Shown piece by piece: positions 1 through 7,063 of a stretch of 25,093 bases of DNA. The stretch's first letter is position 1; each line of letters starts with the position of its first letter. The translations under genes and the position numbers were made by a program. The DNA is taken from positions 1 to 25,093 of the IMG/VR virus record IMGVR_UViG_3300025872_000284, one strand, 5' to 3'. This stretch comes from a virus (taxonomy: Duplodnaviria > Caudoviricetes). A model generated the notes under the pieces. It ran no database searches and was not told where the DNA came from. It was given only the letters and a program-made list of their open reading frames with translations.

Positions 1-172
1 CGACGACGTTGCGATCCTCGACGGGAATCGGATTATCGGTGCGCACGTAGAGCTGTTGGCCCACGGCATACGGATCGCCGAAGATGAAGTCGATCTGGTG
101 CTGGGGAAGCCAGTGCCAGAGCTGACCGGGCTTCACGTTCCTCAGAAAGTCGCGCGTCGTCTTGATGGTCAT
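1..172 (-). CDS. Hypothetical phage protein, truncated at the window start (MTIKTTRDFLRNVKPGQLW...)
   Basis: ATG at 172 overlaps the TGA of the upstream gene (ATGA coupling); frame open to base 1; absent from the ORF track because no stop is reached. Confidence 0.7.
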   Translation of the reverse strand, partial: MTIKTTRDFLRNVKPGQLWHWLPQHQIDFIFGDPYAVGQQLYVRTDNPIPVEDRNVV

Positions 173-522
173 GCCTCTAGTATGGACGGGTAGCGGGGGA
201 GGTCATTGCACTCCGGCCGCGCCTCCTCGAAATGGATGGCCGCGAAGAGGTTCCATGCCGCCTGCGCGAGATGATCCTCGTCCCGCATCCCCTCGCGGTA
301 CTGATTTATGTGGCGCAGGGCCGAGTCGAGGGCGCGGCTGATCGGGAATCCTCCCTCCCAGTTGCGCTCCCCCTTCTGTGATGCCCCGCGCTCGTATACG
401 CCGGCAAGCCTGCGCAGGGCGATCGGCGAGATGAGGTCGAACCTTCCCTTGCCGGTCGTGTCAGAGCGTACAGCCCCGGTCCCGAACTCCACCACCTTGT
501 CGTGGTGCGTCTGGTATTGCAT
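169..522 (-). CDS. dATP/dGTP diphosphohydrolase-domain protein (DUF5664-like)
   Basis: Motifs F.TGAVR...GKGRFDLI.P.ALRRLA..YE.GA...GERNWE.G.P.SR.LDSALRH...Y..G..DEDHLA.AAWN typical of this phage family; start re-assigned to ATG 522 (leader acactacca-ATG). Confidence 0.85.
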   Translation of the reverse strand: MQYQTHHDKVVEFGTGAVRSDTTGKGRFDLISPIALRRLAGVYERGASQKGERNWEGGFPISRALDSALRHINQYREGMRDEDHLAQAAWNLFAAIHFEEARPECNDLPRYPSILEA

Positions 523-772
523 TGGTAGTGTGAAGCGTTTTGATGCGTTTGTGCTCCTGCCCCATAGCCAGCGGCAGGTGCGGCGAGAAGTGTTCCTTCT
601 CGTCAAGATAGAGATCGTAGTGGACCTGCCATCCGCGGGGCGTCAGCTTCGCGTGCCAGCGCCCCGAGCTGTCCGGCTTGACCCAATCTCCATGCTTGCG
701 TTTCGTGTATCCGGCACGAGCGAGCGCCCTCTGGGCGTGCCCGCCGAAGCCGGTGAGCGTGAAGTGCCCCAT
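461..772 (-). CDS. Hypothetical phage protein
   Basis: Protein-like 103-aa ORF co-oriented with neighbours; 62-nt overlap with the downstream gene. Confidence 0.55.
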   Translation of the reverse strand: MGHFTLTGFGGHAQRALARAGYTKRKHGDWVKPDSSGRWHAKLTPRGWQVHYDLYLDEKEHFSPHLPLAMGQEHKRIKTLHTTNAIPDAPRQGGGVRDRGCTL

Positions 773-936
773 GATATGGTCATTTCCTCAACGCGAGCGC
801 CCACGAAATTGCTTGTCTTGGAGCGGAGCGCCTCGAGGTGCGACTGGTAGATGCGAGCGATCGGCTTGTTGCCGATGTACATCCACATCAGCTCGCCGTC
901 CTTATCGACGAGCCCGTGTACCTTGATGCTAGGCAT
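643..936 (-). CDS. Hypothetical phage protein
   Basis: Start overlaps the upstream stop; N-terminal half looks globular, but the C-terminus overlaps the next gene by 130 nt. Confidence 0.5.
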   Translation of the reverse strand: MPSIKVHGLVDKDGELMWMYIGNKPIARIYQSHLEALRSKTSNFVGARVEEMTISWGTSRSPASAGTPRGRSLVPDTRNASMEIGSSRTARGAGTRS

Positions 937-1165
937 TGCGCGTCTCGTACTTCGTCTGACGACGCTTGCAGTGCTTACACATCAGGAGGATCCAGCGGCA
1001 CTCCTTCTTCTCCCAGGGCCAGCGGTGCCATTCTTGCATCCGTTCCTCGAAGGCGTTGCGGGGAGTCCCCGCCACCCATTCGTGGCCCTTCTCGCTCTTG
1101 CGGCAGATCCTCCTCGATCCCCCGCGCCCCCGTACTATAGGTCGTTCGTTTTCGCGGTACTGCAT
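929..1165 (-). CDS. Small basic Cys/His-containing hypothetical protein
   Basis: Start re-assigned to ATG 1165 (leader atccactaccaca); C...H...CKHC possible metal site. Confidence 0.6.
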   Translation of the reverse strand: MQYRENERPIVRGRGGSRRICRKSEKGHEWVAGTPRNAFEERMQEWHRWPWEKKECRWILLMCKHCKRRQTKYETRNA

Positions 1166-1232
1166 TGTGGTAGTGGATAGTGGGTGGTGCGTACACCTCG
1201 CGGATAGTATACACCACCCCAGCAATCCATGA

Positions 1233-1454
1233 CTAGTTGAGGATCTTCTTGAGCTTCTCGAGCACGCGCACCGCCCGGTCGACCTCTGCCTTGCGCGTCT
1301 CCTTGTCGCCAATGAGATTTTCGATCATCTCGTCAAGGTCGTTGATGGCCTCGTTGGCACGGATGATATAGCGCTCGAGCTTGTCAACCACGTCGGCGAA
1401 TCCCCGGAGGATGCCGTCTACGCTGCCCGTGAATAGGAATCGTGTGATTTTCAT
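1233..1454 (-). CDS. Small coiled-coil hypothetical protein
   Basis: Heptad amphipathic pattern; A/T-rich leader; 8 nt from the upstream stop. Confidence 0.75.
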   Translation of the reverse strand: MKITRFLFTGSVDGILRGFADVVDKLERYIIRANEAINDLDEMIENLIGDKETRKAEVDRAVRVLEKLKKILN

Positions 1455-1462
1455 TGTAAATA

Positions 1463-1681
1463 TTAGCCGAAAAGGACTCTCGTGTCCTCGGCTGTGAGTT
1501 CTGCGTCTTCCTGGATGCCGCAGTTATCGCAGGCCATCCCGGTAAGGTGGTCCGAAACGATGCGATTGCCGATCTTGAGCGTGATGCGGACGCGTTCGCA
1601 CGTGTCCCTCCCGCCACAGGCCGGGCAATCGGTCCAGACGATCGTGATAGATCGCTTCGGACGCGGTGTTGATACTGGCAT
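1463..1681 (-). CDS. Zinc-ribbon protein (CPACG...CDNCG; YgiT/MqsA-type finger-like)
   Basis: Two CxxC motifs; start re-assigned to ATG 1681 because its leader aaaatcacaca-ATG matches other genes here. Confidence 0.65.
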   Translation of the reverse strand: MPVSTPRPKRSITIVWTDCPACGGRDTCERVRITLKIGNRIVSDHLTGMACDNCGIQEDAELTAEDTRVLFG

Positions 1682-1928
1682 TGTGTGATTTTTAATGGGC
1701 ATGGGGATGCAAGAGCCAATCCCCGGTACCTCGATGAAGTGAAGTTTATATCCGTGGAGCCGATGCCCCACCATGCCCTCGGAACGTTGGAACTGCCGTC
1801 AGGTCGTCGGCGAAATGAGATGGGGTAAGGTTCGTAGTGTTAAAAACCCCTTGTGCGTACAGCGTTATTCTCATATGCCCCGTGCCGGGAAGCCCCTATC
1901 CGAGTTCTCAACCTTCGCTTCTGTCCCG

Positions 1929-1957
1929 AGTATAGCGCACATCTCCAGGAATGTCAA
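1929..1957 (-). promoter_or_regulatory. Sigma70-type promoter TTGACA-17-TATACT
   Basis: Plus strand AGTATA 1929-1934 and TGTCAA 1952-1957 with an exact 17-bp spacer; intergenic and facing the 1681-1 gene string. Confidence 0.85.
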
Positions 1958-2192
1958 TGCCCCACCGTCTGGTCTTCTTCGTCGAGCGATGAGCCGCATT
2001 CTCTGGGAATATCCAAGAGCATGACGAATACCCTGATACGCAGTAACGACACCTATGCATGGTGCCGCTCAGACTGTACGGTTTGGTCTTTCGTGTCGCG
2101 CACCGGCCCCGCCTTTCCCCGGCCGGCCGATCGGCAGACGGATGGATTGTCTCGTCGCAAATATTTTGCGACACTAACGGATCGCGGTACAC

Positions 2193-2221
2193 AAAAAACC
2201 GCACACGCTAGTACTGTGCGG
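2193..2221 (-). terminator. Intrinsic terminator
   Basis: CCGCACA/TGTGCGG stem followed by U6 on the minus strand, just downstream of the stop at 2240; T-rich on the plus side too, so possibly bidirectional. Confidence 0.75.
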
Positions 2222-2239
2222 CCTTTTGCTTTTCGGCTT

Positions 2240-2575
2240 TTACTCGTGCCAATGGGGAGGGGTGCAACCTGCGTACTTTCCACGCTGGTGTTCCTCGTGA
2301 CACTCGTAGCCCTTTTGCTTTTCGCCTTTTCTCATGTCGAGTACGCCCGGTGTCTCGTCAATCATTCCCTCGACCAGGGCAAGCACCTTGTCCTCGTCCC
2401 GGCGTCGCATGTCCACCAGCTCGAGGCGGTAGCTTTTGCCATCCGTCCCGACCTGGATACTGAGCAGGAATTTAACTTTATTCCGATCGCCTATCTTGAT
2501 TTCCGTGTCGAGGTTGCGGTTTCCGCCCTGGCCCTTGCTGGCCCGCTCTGAGCTTACTGTAGCGTAGAGCTTCAT
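2240..2575 (-). CDS. Hypothetical phage protein (MKLYATVSSERASKGQGGN...)
   Basis: ATGA coupling with the upstream gene at 2572-2575; followed by a terminator. Confidence 0.75.
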   Translation of the reverse strand: MKLYATVSSERASKGQGGNRNLDTEIKIGDRNKVKFLLSIQVGTDGKSYRLELVDMRRRDEDKVLALVEGMIDETPGVLDMRKGEKQKGYECHEEHQRGKYAGCTPPHWHE

Positions 2576-3141
2576 GCTTCGTGGTCGGCACAGAGCGAGA
2601 TACGACAATCCCCGCAGTTCTTAATATCCTCGAGGGCCGCGACCTCGTTATCGCTATGCCACCGTAACCCGAGCGTGTCGTATAGGCTCGGCCATACGTG
2701 CTCATAGAAGTTGAAACCCGCTCCGTTGACGCCGAGTACGTACTCGCCGCCGATCTGGTACAGGTAGATACCCGTGGTGTTGCCGTCCTTGTCCAGGATG
2801 CAACGCTCCCCGGCCATCTCTTCATCCACGTACTTCTCGAGCAGGGCCGTCTCGCCCCAGCTGATGCGGTCTTCCTGAAGGGCCTCGATTGCCAGGCGTA
2901 CCGCTTCGCGCTCGTCCTCGTCGGGGATGTCGTCAAGATAAATGTCCGACGCTTCCCCTTGCATGACGCGGCTCTTTCCCATCAGTTGCTCGCCGATAAA
3001 GTCCTCGACGATAAACATAGTGCCCCACATGGGGAGGTTCGGATACTCGTGGTCGCTTTCGGCCACGATACGCACCCACTCGGTGGGAACGCCGGCCAGA
3101 TCGCGCTCGACTAATAGCCTGACTGCTTCCGATTTCTTCAT
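2572..3141 (-). CDS. Acidic hypothetical early phage protein
   Basis: 189-aa globular-looking ORF with A-rich leader aaaagcataa-ATG. Confidence 0.85.
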   Translation of the reverse strand: MKKSEAVRLLVERDLAGVPTEWVRIVAESDHEYPNLPMWGTMFIVEDFIGEQLMGKSRVMQGEASDIYLDDIPDEDEREAVRLAIEALQEDRISWGETALLEKYVDEEMAGERCILDKDGNTTGIYLYQIGGEYVLGVNGAGFNFYEHVWPSLYDTLGLRWHSDNEVAALEDIKNCGDCRISLCADHEA

Positions 3142-3280
3142 TTATGCTTTTAATGTCCCACGCTCCAACTAGCATAAGCTGGACGGGCGGCGGATTTAGT
3201 GAATGTCCCGCGCGCCGTTCCGGGTCGCTATGCGGCCCGGCCTCGGTGCGTGCGACCTGCTAGCTGGCTAGGTATTCATA

Positions 3281-3353
3281 TGTTTGGTTTGGTCTTGGTG
3301 TTTGGTCGCGCCGTTTGGTCTTTAACTATGCGGAAACGCGCCGTCTGGTCTTT
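3281..3353. repeat. Cluster of GT(T/C)TGGTC(TTT) direct repeats
   Basis: CGCGCCGTTTGGTCTTT (3307-3323) and CGCGCCGTCTGGTCTTT (3337-3353) 30 bp apart, plus shorter copies at 3281, 3287 and 3300. Confidence 0.8.
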
Positions 3354-3375
3354 CTGATCAGCTCACGCCCTGGAC

Positions 3376-3414
3376 AAAAGGCCCGATAGGGCCGGGAGTT
3401 ACCCCGGCCTATCG
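3376..3414 (-). terminator. Strong hairpin, probable terminator
   Basis: CGATAGG.GCCGGG...CCCGGC.CTATCG inverted repeat directly after the stop at 3416, followed by GGCCUUUUG on the minus strand. Confidence 0.55.
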
Positions 3415-3415
3415 T

Positions 3416-3625
3416 TTACAGTTCCTTTTTGATTATTTCGTCCACGATTTCCCCTAGCGGCCGCTCGTCCCCGTCCAGGTACGCGCTCAGCCGCAGGATG
3501 TCGAGGAAGATGTGTCCCGTGTCGTACTCGTTATCGTCATCTACGGTTTCCAAAAAGCTCCCTAGCTCCTCGGCATAGTTGTACTCGATAACCGCACGCA
3601 CGCTCTCCATTGTCTCGTTGTCCAT
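3416..3625 (-). CDS. Small, very acidic hypothetical protein
   Basis: 69 aa with 20 D/E versus 5 K/R; leader cactaacatcacaacacac-ATG. Confidence 0.8.
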   Translation of the reverse strand: MDNETMESVRAVIEYNYAEELGSFLETVDDDNEYDTGHIFLDILRLSAYLDGDERPLGEIVDEIIKKEL

Positions 3626-3670
3626 GTGTGTTGTGATGTTAGTGAGTGCCTTTCGGCTATGGCGGCGGCA

Positions 3671-4003
3671 TCACTCGTCCTCGTCCGGGCAATCGCATTG
3701 TAGCGTCATCCCGTCCGCGTTAGTGATGTCCTCCTGCCATAGCTCCGGGTCGTTCAGGTTCCGCGTCTCGTCTGTCAGCTCGAAACGTTCCAAGATTTCG
3801 TTGATCGTGTACCAGCTCTCGCAAACGCAAAAGTCCGCGTACCCGCTCAGGTGGATATAGTTTTCGCCGTTGTCCTGGTACTCGCTCGGAGTCTCGAACA
3901 CGAGGCGCAACTGTCCGTCCTCCCGGTCCTTCAGCACCATGCCCGGCCGTAAGAGCCGGAATAGTGCTTGCTCCAATTCTGCTTGCTTAGTTGCTATTGT
4001 CAT
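3671..4003 (-). CDS. Acidic hypothetical early protein
   Basis: Start re-assigned to ATG 4003; its leader tcactaacatc is shared with the 3625 gene. Confidence 0.8.
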   Translation of the reverse strand: MTIATKQAELEQALFRLLRPGMVLKDREDGQLRLVFETPSEYQDNGENYIHLSGYADFCVCESWYTINEILERFELTDETRNLNDPELWQEDITNADGMTLQCDCPDEDE

Positions 4004-4111
4004 TGTTTTGATGTTAGTGATTTCTCTTTGCATGAGTAGCAGAGATTGCCGCAACAAAGAGTATTGAACGCGCCGCACTTCACGCATGAGCGCGAGTAGG
4101 GCGCACCGCAC

Positions 4112-4267
4112 CTAGCACGCATACGCACCGCAGGTTGCAACGTTGTAAAGCGCCGCGAGCCATACCATGACGTACACCGCAAGTAGAAAGAGCATCGCGC
4201 CGCCGAGCAAGGTTGCAAGGCGTGGCGCGGACTCGTCAGGCTTGTAGCCTGTGTCGTATTTCCGCAT
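4112..4267 (-). CDS. Small single-pass membrane protein (51 aa)
   Basis: Hydrophobic stretch LATLLGGAMLFLLAVYVMVWLAALY; first gene downstream of the 4322-4348 promoter. Confidence 0.65.
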   Translation of the reverse strand: MRKYDTGYKPDESAPRLATLLGGAMLFLLAVYVMVWLAALYNVATCGAYAC

Positions 4268-4321
4268 AGTTATTTTCAAGCATTGTAAGGCGTGGATACT
4301 GTTTATTGCCTTACTGCGTCC

Positions 4322-4348
4322 AGTATAGCACACCCGGAGGGAAGTCAA
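4322..4348 (-). promoter_or_regulatory. Extended -10 promoter (TGTGcTATACT) with TTGACT 15 bp upstream
   Basis: Plus strand AGTATA 4322-4327 and AGTCAA 4343-4348; a GTAAGGC/GCCTTAC hairpin lies at the predicted transcript 5' end. Confidence 0.65.
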
Positions 4349-4357
4349 TAGCCCGCC

Positions 4358-4366
4358 TGTGGATAA
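4358..4366 (-). promoter_or_regulatory. Consensus DnaA box (TTATCCACA)
   Basis: TGTGGATAA on the plus strand, within the imperfect palindrome CCTGTGGA-TAAC-TCCACAAGG. Confidence 0.45.
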
Positions 4367-4599
4367 CTCCACAAGGGACATAAAGGAACACGCGGGGACA
4401 TAGGTGTCAATAGCACGCCCGTAATAGGCCCTAGAAGGCCACGAGCGGCCCGTTTATTCTCTACATGACCTGGGTATCGTCTTAGATAAAAACGAGGCTT
4501 AGAATGGCGTATATGAGCCTCCCGGCCCAGCAGTAACACATATTGAAGGACAGTCAATTGAGCGGAGCGAAATGCTGTCCGCATGAACACCAACCAACC

Positions 4600-4629
4600 A
4601 GGATACCATAGAGCGATAGAAGAAGTCAA
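4600..4629 (-). promoter_or_regulatory. Sigma70-type promoter TTGACT-18-TATCCT with TG extension
   Basis: Plus strand AGGATA 4600-4605 and AGTCAA 4624-4629. Confidence 0.55.
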
Positions 4630-4955
4630 TACCCCTTGACAAAAGGGAAACACATGGTCCTACCTTCTTACCATACCAGACATAGGGAAGGAGGATATGT
4701 CAAGCACACATAGGAGGGGATTGTCAATACCACCAACACCCCTGGCCAGAGGCCGGGCCGGAGGCTTCTTTAGCAAGCACACGCGAACACAAAAAGAAAA
4801 ACAGTCAAGCTATACCCCTTGCCCCACCAGGGATATTTGCCCGTATGCGTGTAAGAGCTTTATTTATAAGGCTTGTTTTATGTGTCGGGAATGAACTATT
4901 TTGCGACGTATGTAATGCAGGGGGTACGGCCCCCGCCGGGCCGGGCCAAAGCTAT

Positions 4956-5040
4956 CCTACCCCCACAAAAATTCTCACCTAAAAAATTCTCGGTATTCCT
5001 GGCCCCCACAAAATTTTCGCTGTAAAAAATCAGGGCCCCC
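4956..5040. repeat. Degenerate 43-bp tandem repeat with C-tracts and A-tracts
   Basis: CCCCCACAAAAATTCTC..TAAAAAAT (from 4960) and CCCCCACAAAATTTTC..TAAAAAAT (from 5003). Confidence 0.7.
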
Positions 5041-5043
5041 GAT

Positions 5044-5259
5044 CTATAGGGAAAGGGCCCCCCACGGGGCCTTTTTGGGCTTCTTCTTCCTGGCTTTATG
5101 CTCCTCTATCCAGGGATCGGGCGTGTAATTGCCTCCGGGGAGGGCTACGTGTATGGACTTTCGGAGCCGTTCGTGCCGATGGGGGCCGATATTGGGGATT
5201 TCCTCGAGCATTTCGAGGAGTATGGAGCGGAGGAGGTTGATGTGGTCGGGATCAAGCAT
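5044..5259 (-). CDS. Hypothetical protein with a basic C-terminus
   Basis: Last gene of the 7722-5044 minus-strand string. Confidence 0.55.
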   Translation of the reverse strand: MLDPDHINLLRSILLEMLEEIPNIGPHRHERLRKSIHVALPGGNYTPDPWIEEHKARKKKPKKAPWGALSL

Positions 5260-5294
5260 CTTATCAGCATACTCCTCAAGGAAGGGCGGTCAAG

Positions 5295-5771
5295 CTAGTG
5301 GGCCTTTCCACGGTGGATCGCCAGTCCGCGGTCGTTCTTGCACTCTTTTCCGCAGTCTCCGCACACCAGGAGGGGTTCTGAGGCGGAAAGGACCGATTTC
5401 GGGTCGTCCAGGTAGTTGGTCAGGGGGCGGTTGGGGTCCAGATCGAGGGGTTTCATGCCGCGGCTGTCATAGCCGTCCTCCTGCTCGAAGCCTTTTCTCT
5501 GCCCTGCGCCGCGGAACGCCTCGTCCAGCTCGTTCAGGGACGGGGGCATGGGCAGGTGCTTCTCGACGATCTCCTCGAAGTCCGCGATAGCGGCCTGCTT
5601 GACGTACAGGGTCTTGGTCTGGGTGGAGTACGCGTGCTCGTCGGGGATCTCGCGCATGAGCTCGTGGTTCAGGGCGCGGAAGATCTCCTGCGGGATGAAG
5701 TAGTTCCACTTGAGGGCCATCCATTGCTGGCCGCGGATCTCCTGCGACCCTATGTAGCGGTATGGTTCCAT
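5295..5771 (-). CDS. Hypothetical protein with C-terminal C2H2-type zinc finger
   Basis: CGDCGKECKNDRGLAIHRGKAH; probable start ATG 5771, 2 nt after the upstream stop. Confidence 0.8.
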   Translation of the reverse strand: MEPYRYIGSQEIRGQQWMALKWNYFIPQEIFRALNHELMREIPDEHAYSTQTKTLYVKQAAIADFEEIVEKHLPMPPSLNELDEAFRGAGQRKGFEQEDGYDSRGMKPLDLDPNRPLTNYLDDPKSVLSASEPLLVCGDCGKECKNDRGLAIHRGKAH

Positions 5772-5773
5772 GA

Positions 5774-5929
5774 TTATCGGGTGATCCTGAGCCACCACCG
5801 CCCGAGCCAGCCGAGGCTATGGCACGGGCAGTCGCAGCGGTACCGGGTGCCTACGGTCTTGTCGAAGTAGGAGCCGTGGCAGACCCGGTGGTAATTCTCG
5901 ATGCAGTCGGGGGAGAGGTGGACGTTCAT
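5774..5929 (-). CDS. Small Cys/His-rich protein (C....H..C...CDCPCH)
   Basis: ATGA coupling at 5926-5929. Confidence 0.6.
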   Translation of the reverse strand: MNVHLSPDCIENYHRVCHGSYFDKTVGTRYRCDCPCHSLGWLGRWWLRITR

Positions 5930-6279
5930 TTGGTGTCTTTGAGGATGGATGCGAGGTAGCTTTCTATGGTCTTTCCTTCTGCGAGGGCGTCTATGAGGCC
6001 GTGCCATTGCTTGAGCCAATAGGTATCTGGGTCAGCGTCAGCGTTTTCGCCGTCTATGCCGTCCCACCACCCCTCCACCTTCCCTACCGCTTGCCAGGCG
6101 AGGGGGTCGAGGATGTAAACCTCGATAGGTAGTAGTTCCACGCGGCCGTAGTTATGGAATGTCAGGAGAACAAACGAGCCAGTATCCTCTTGCTCGATAG
6201 AGCTGAACTTCGGGCGTTCATTCTGTCGCCACCCTCCCTCTATCGCCTTCTCGATGAACTTCTGGGTCGCGTCAGTCAT
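5926..6279 (-). CDS. Hypothetical phage protein (IEKAIEGGW...LDPLAWQAVGK..GW...WH..ID.LAEGK)
   Basis: Start re-assigned to ATG 6279, overlapping the upstream stop; globular-looking sequence. Confidence 0.8.
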   Translation of the reverse strand: MTDATQKFIEKAIEGGWRQNERPKFSSIEQEDTGSFVLLTFHNYGRVELLPIEVYILDPLAWQAVGKVEGWWDGIDGENADADPDTYWLKQWHGLIDALAEGKTIESYLASILKDTK

Positions 6280-6547
6280 GGTTCTTGGTTTCTTTGAGGT
6301 CGCGGAGGGCGGCGAGGGCTTCCTGAGTCTTGGTGTCGTAGCCATCGTCCCACCCCGCATCGAAGTCATTGTCTGCGCCTGTTTTGCGGAATTCGTCACT
6401 AGGGGCTATCGCCTCCTCCGCTTCCTTCAGGGCTTGGGAGCGGGCGTGGAAAAGAAGGGCTTTGATTTCTCTAATCTGTTCGGAGTTCTCGTCCCAGTCG
6501 AAATACTTAGCGAGGTCTTTGATGTCCTGGGTCATGGTTTCAGTCAT
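6272..6547 (-). CDS. Hypothetical helical phage protein
   Basis: Tightly packed within the operon. Confidence 0.75.
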   Translation of the reverse strand: MTETMTQDIKDLAKYFDWDENSEQIREIKALLFHARSQALKEAEEAIAPSDEFRKTGADNDFDAGWDDGYDTKTQEALAALRDLKETKNHD

Positions 6548-6552
6548 TGGTT

Positions 6553-6867
6553 CTACTTAGGGGAGGAGAGATGGTCGAGCAACCTTTCCATGCGTACTGC
6601 CAGGTCATGGCTCGGCCCGGCTCCCGCATCGGGGAAAGTTGCCGCTTCGCGCATGAGAAGTTGGCGCACCTCCTTCAGGGTCGCCGCTCTCGTCCGTTCC
6701 TCCACCTCGTCAATGATGGAGGAGAGGAAGGCCTCCAGGCGACCCGTAGAGATATTCCAAGAGAACACGTCCTCGCCCTCTACCTCGGTATAGTCCTCCA
6801 TGCTGCGGAGTAGGTTTCGGAACCTCTCCCTGACTTCTTTCTTGTAGGCTTCGAGGTTAGGAGACAT
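6553..6867 (-). CDS. Hypothetical helical phage protein
   Basis: Start re-assigned to ATG 6867, overlapping the end of the upstream gene. Confidence 0.7.
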   Translation of the reverse strand: MSPNLEAYKKEVRERFRNLLRSMEDYTEVEGEDVFSWNISTGRLEAFLSSIIDEVEERTRAATLKEVRQLLMREAATFPDAGAGPSHDLAVRMERLLDHLSSPK

Positions 6868-7063
6868 GGGAGTTGCGGGCGTTGTAGTAGCTGATGAAGG
6901 TGTCGATGAGCTCTTCCCACTGATCATCTTCTACGTGGAAGATATCTTGCGGTCCGGGGCCAATCAGATTGGAGACGAGCTGACCGAGCCGCCAGTCGGG
7001 TACATTTACCCATGCCTGCGCGAGTTTGATCGCGATCCTATGGATCCGGTTCGGGTCCCTCAT
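6857..7063 (-). CDS. Small conserved-type phage protein (MRDPNRI...W...PDWRLGQL)
   Basis: Recognisable phage hypothetical motif; ATGA coupling at 7060-7063. Confidence 0.8.
   Translation of the reverse strand: MRDPNRIHRIAIKLAQAWVNVPDWRLGQLVSNLIGPGPQDIFHVEDDQWEELIDTFISYYNARNSHVS

Noticed and set aside
1853-2551. 232-aa plus-strand ORF
   Set aside because: Crosses a minus-strand promoter, a terminator and a better-supported minus-strand gene; composition is not protein-like.
3281-3353. Repeats as a mini CRISPR array
   Set aside because: Repeats of at most 17 bp with a 13-bp gap are too short and irregular; no cas genes.
4345-4894. ORFs 4345-4653 (-) and 4697-4894 (+)
   Set aside because: Lie across the promoter-like array and lack the codon bias and leader pattern of genuine genes.
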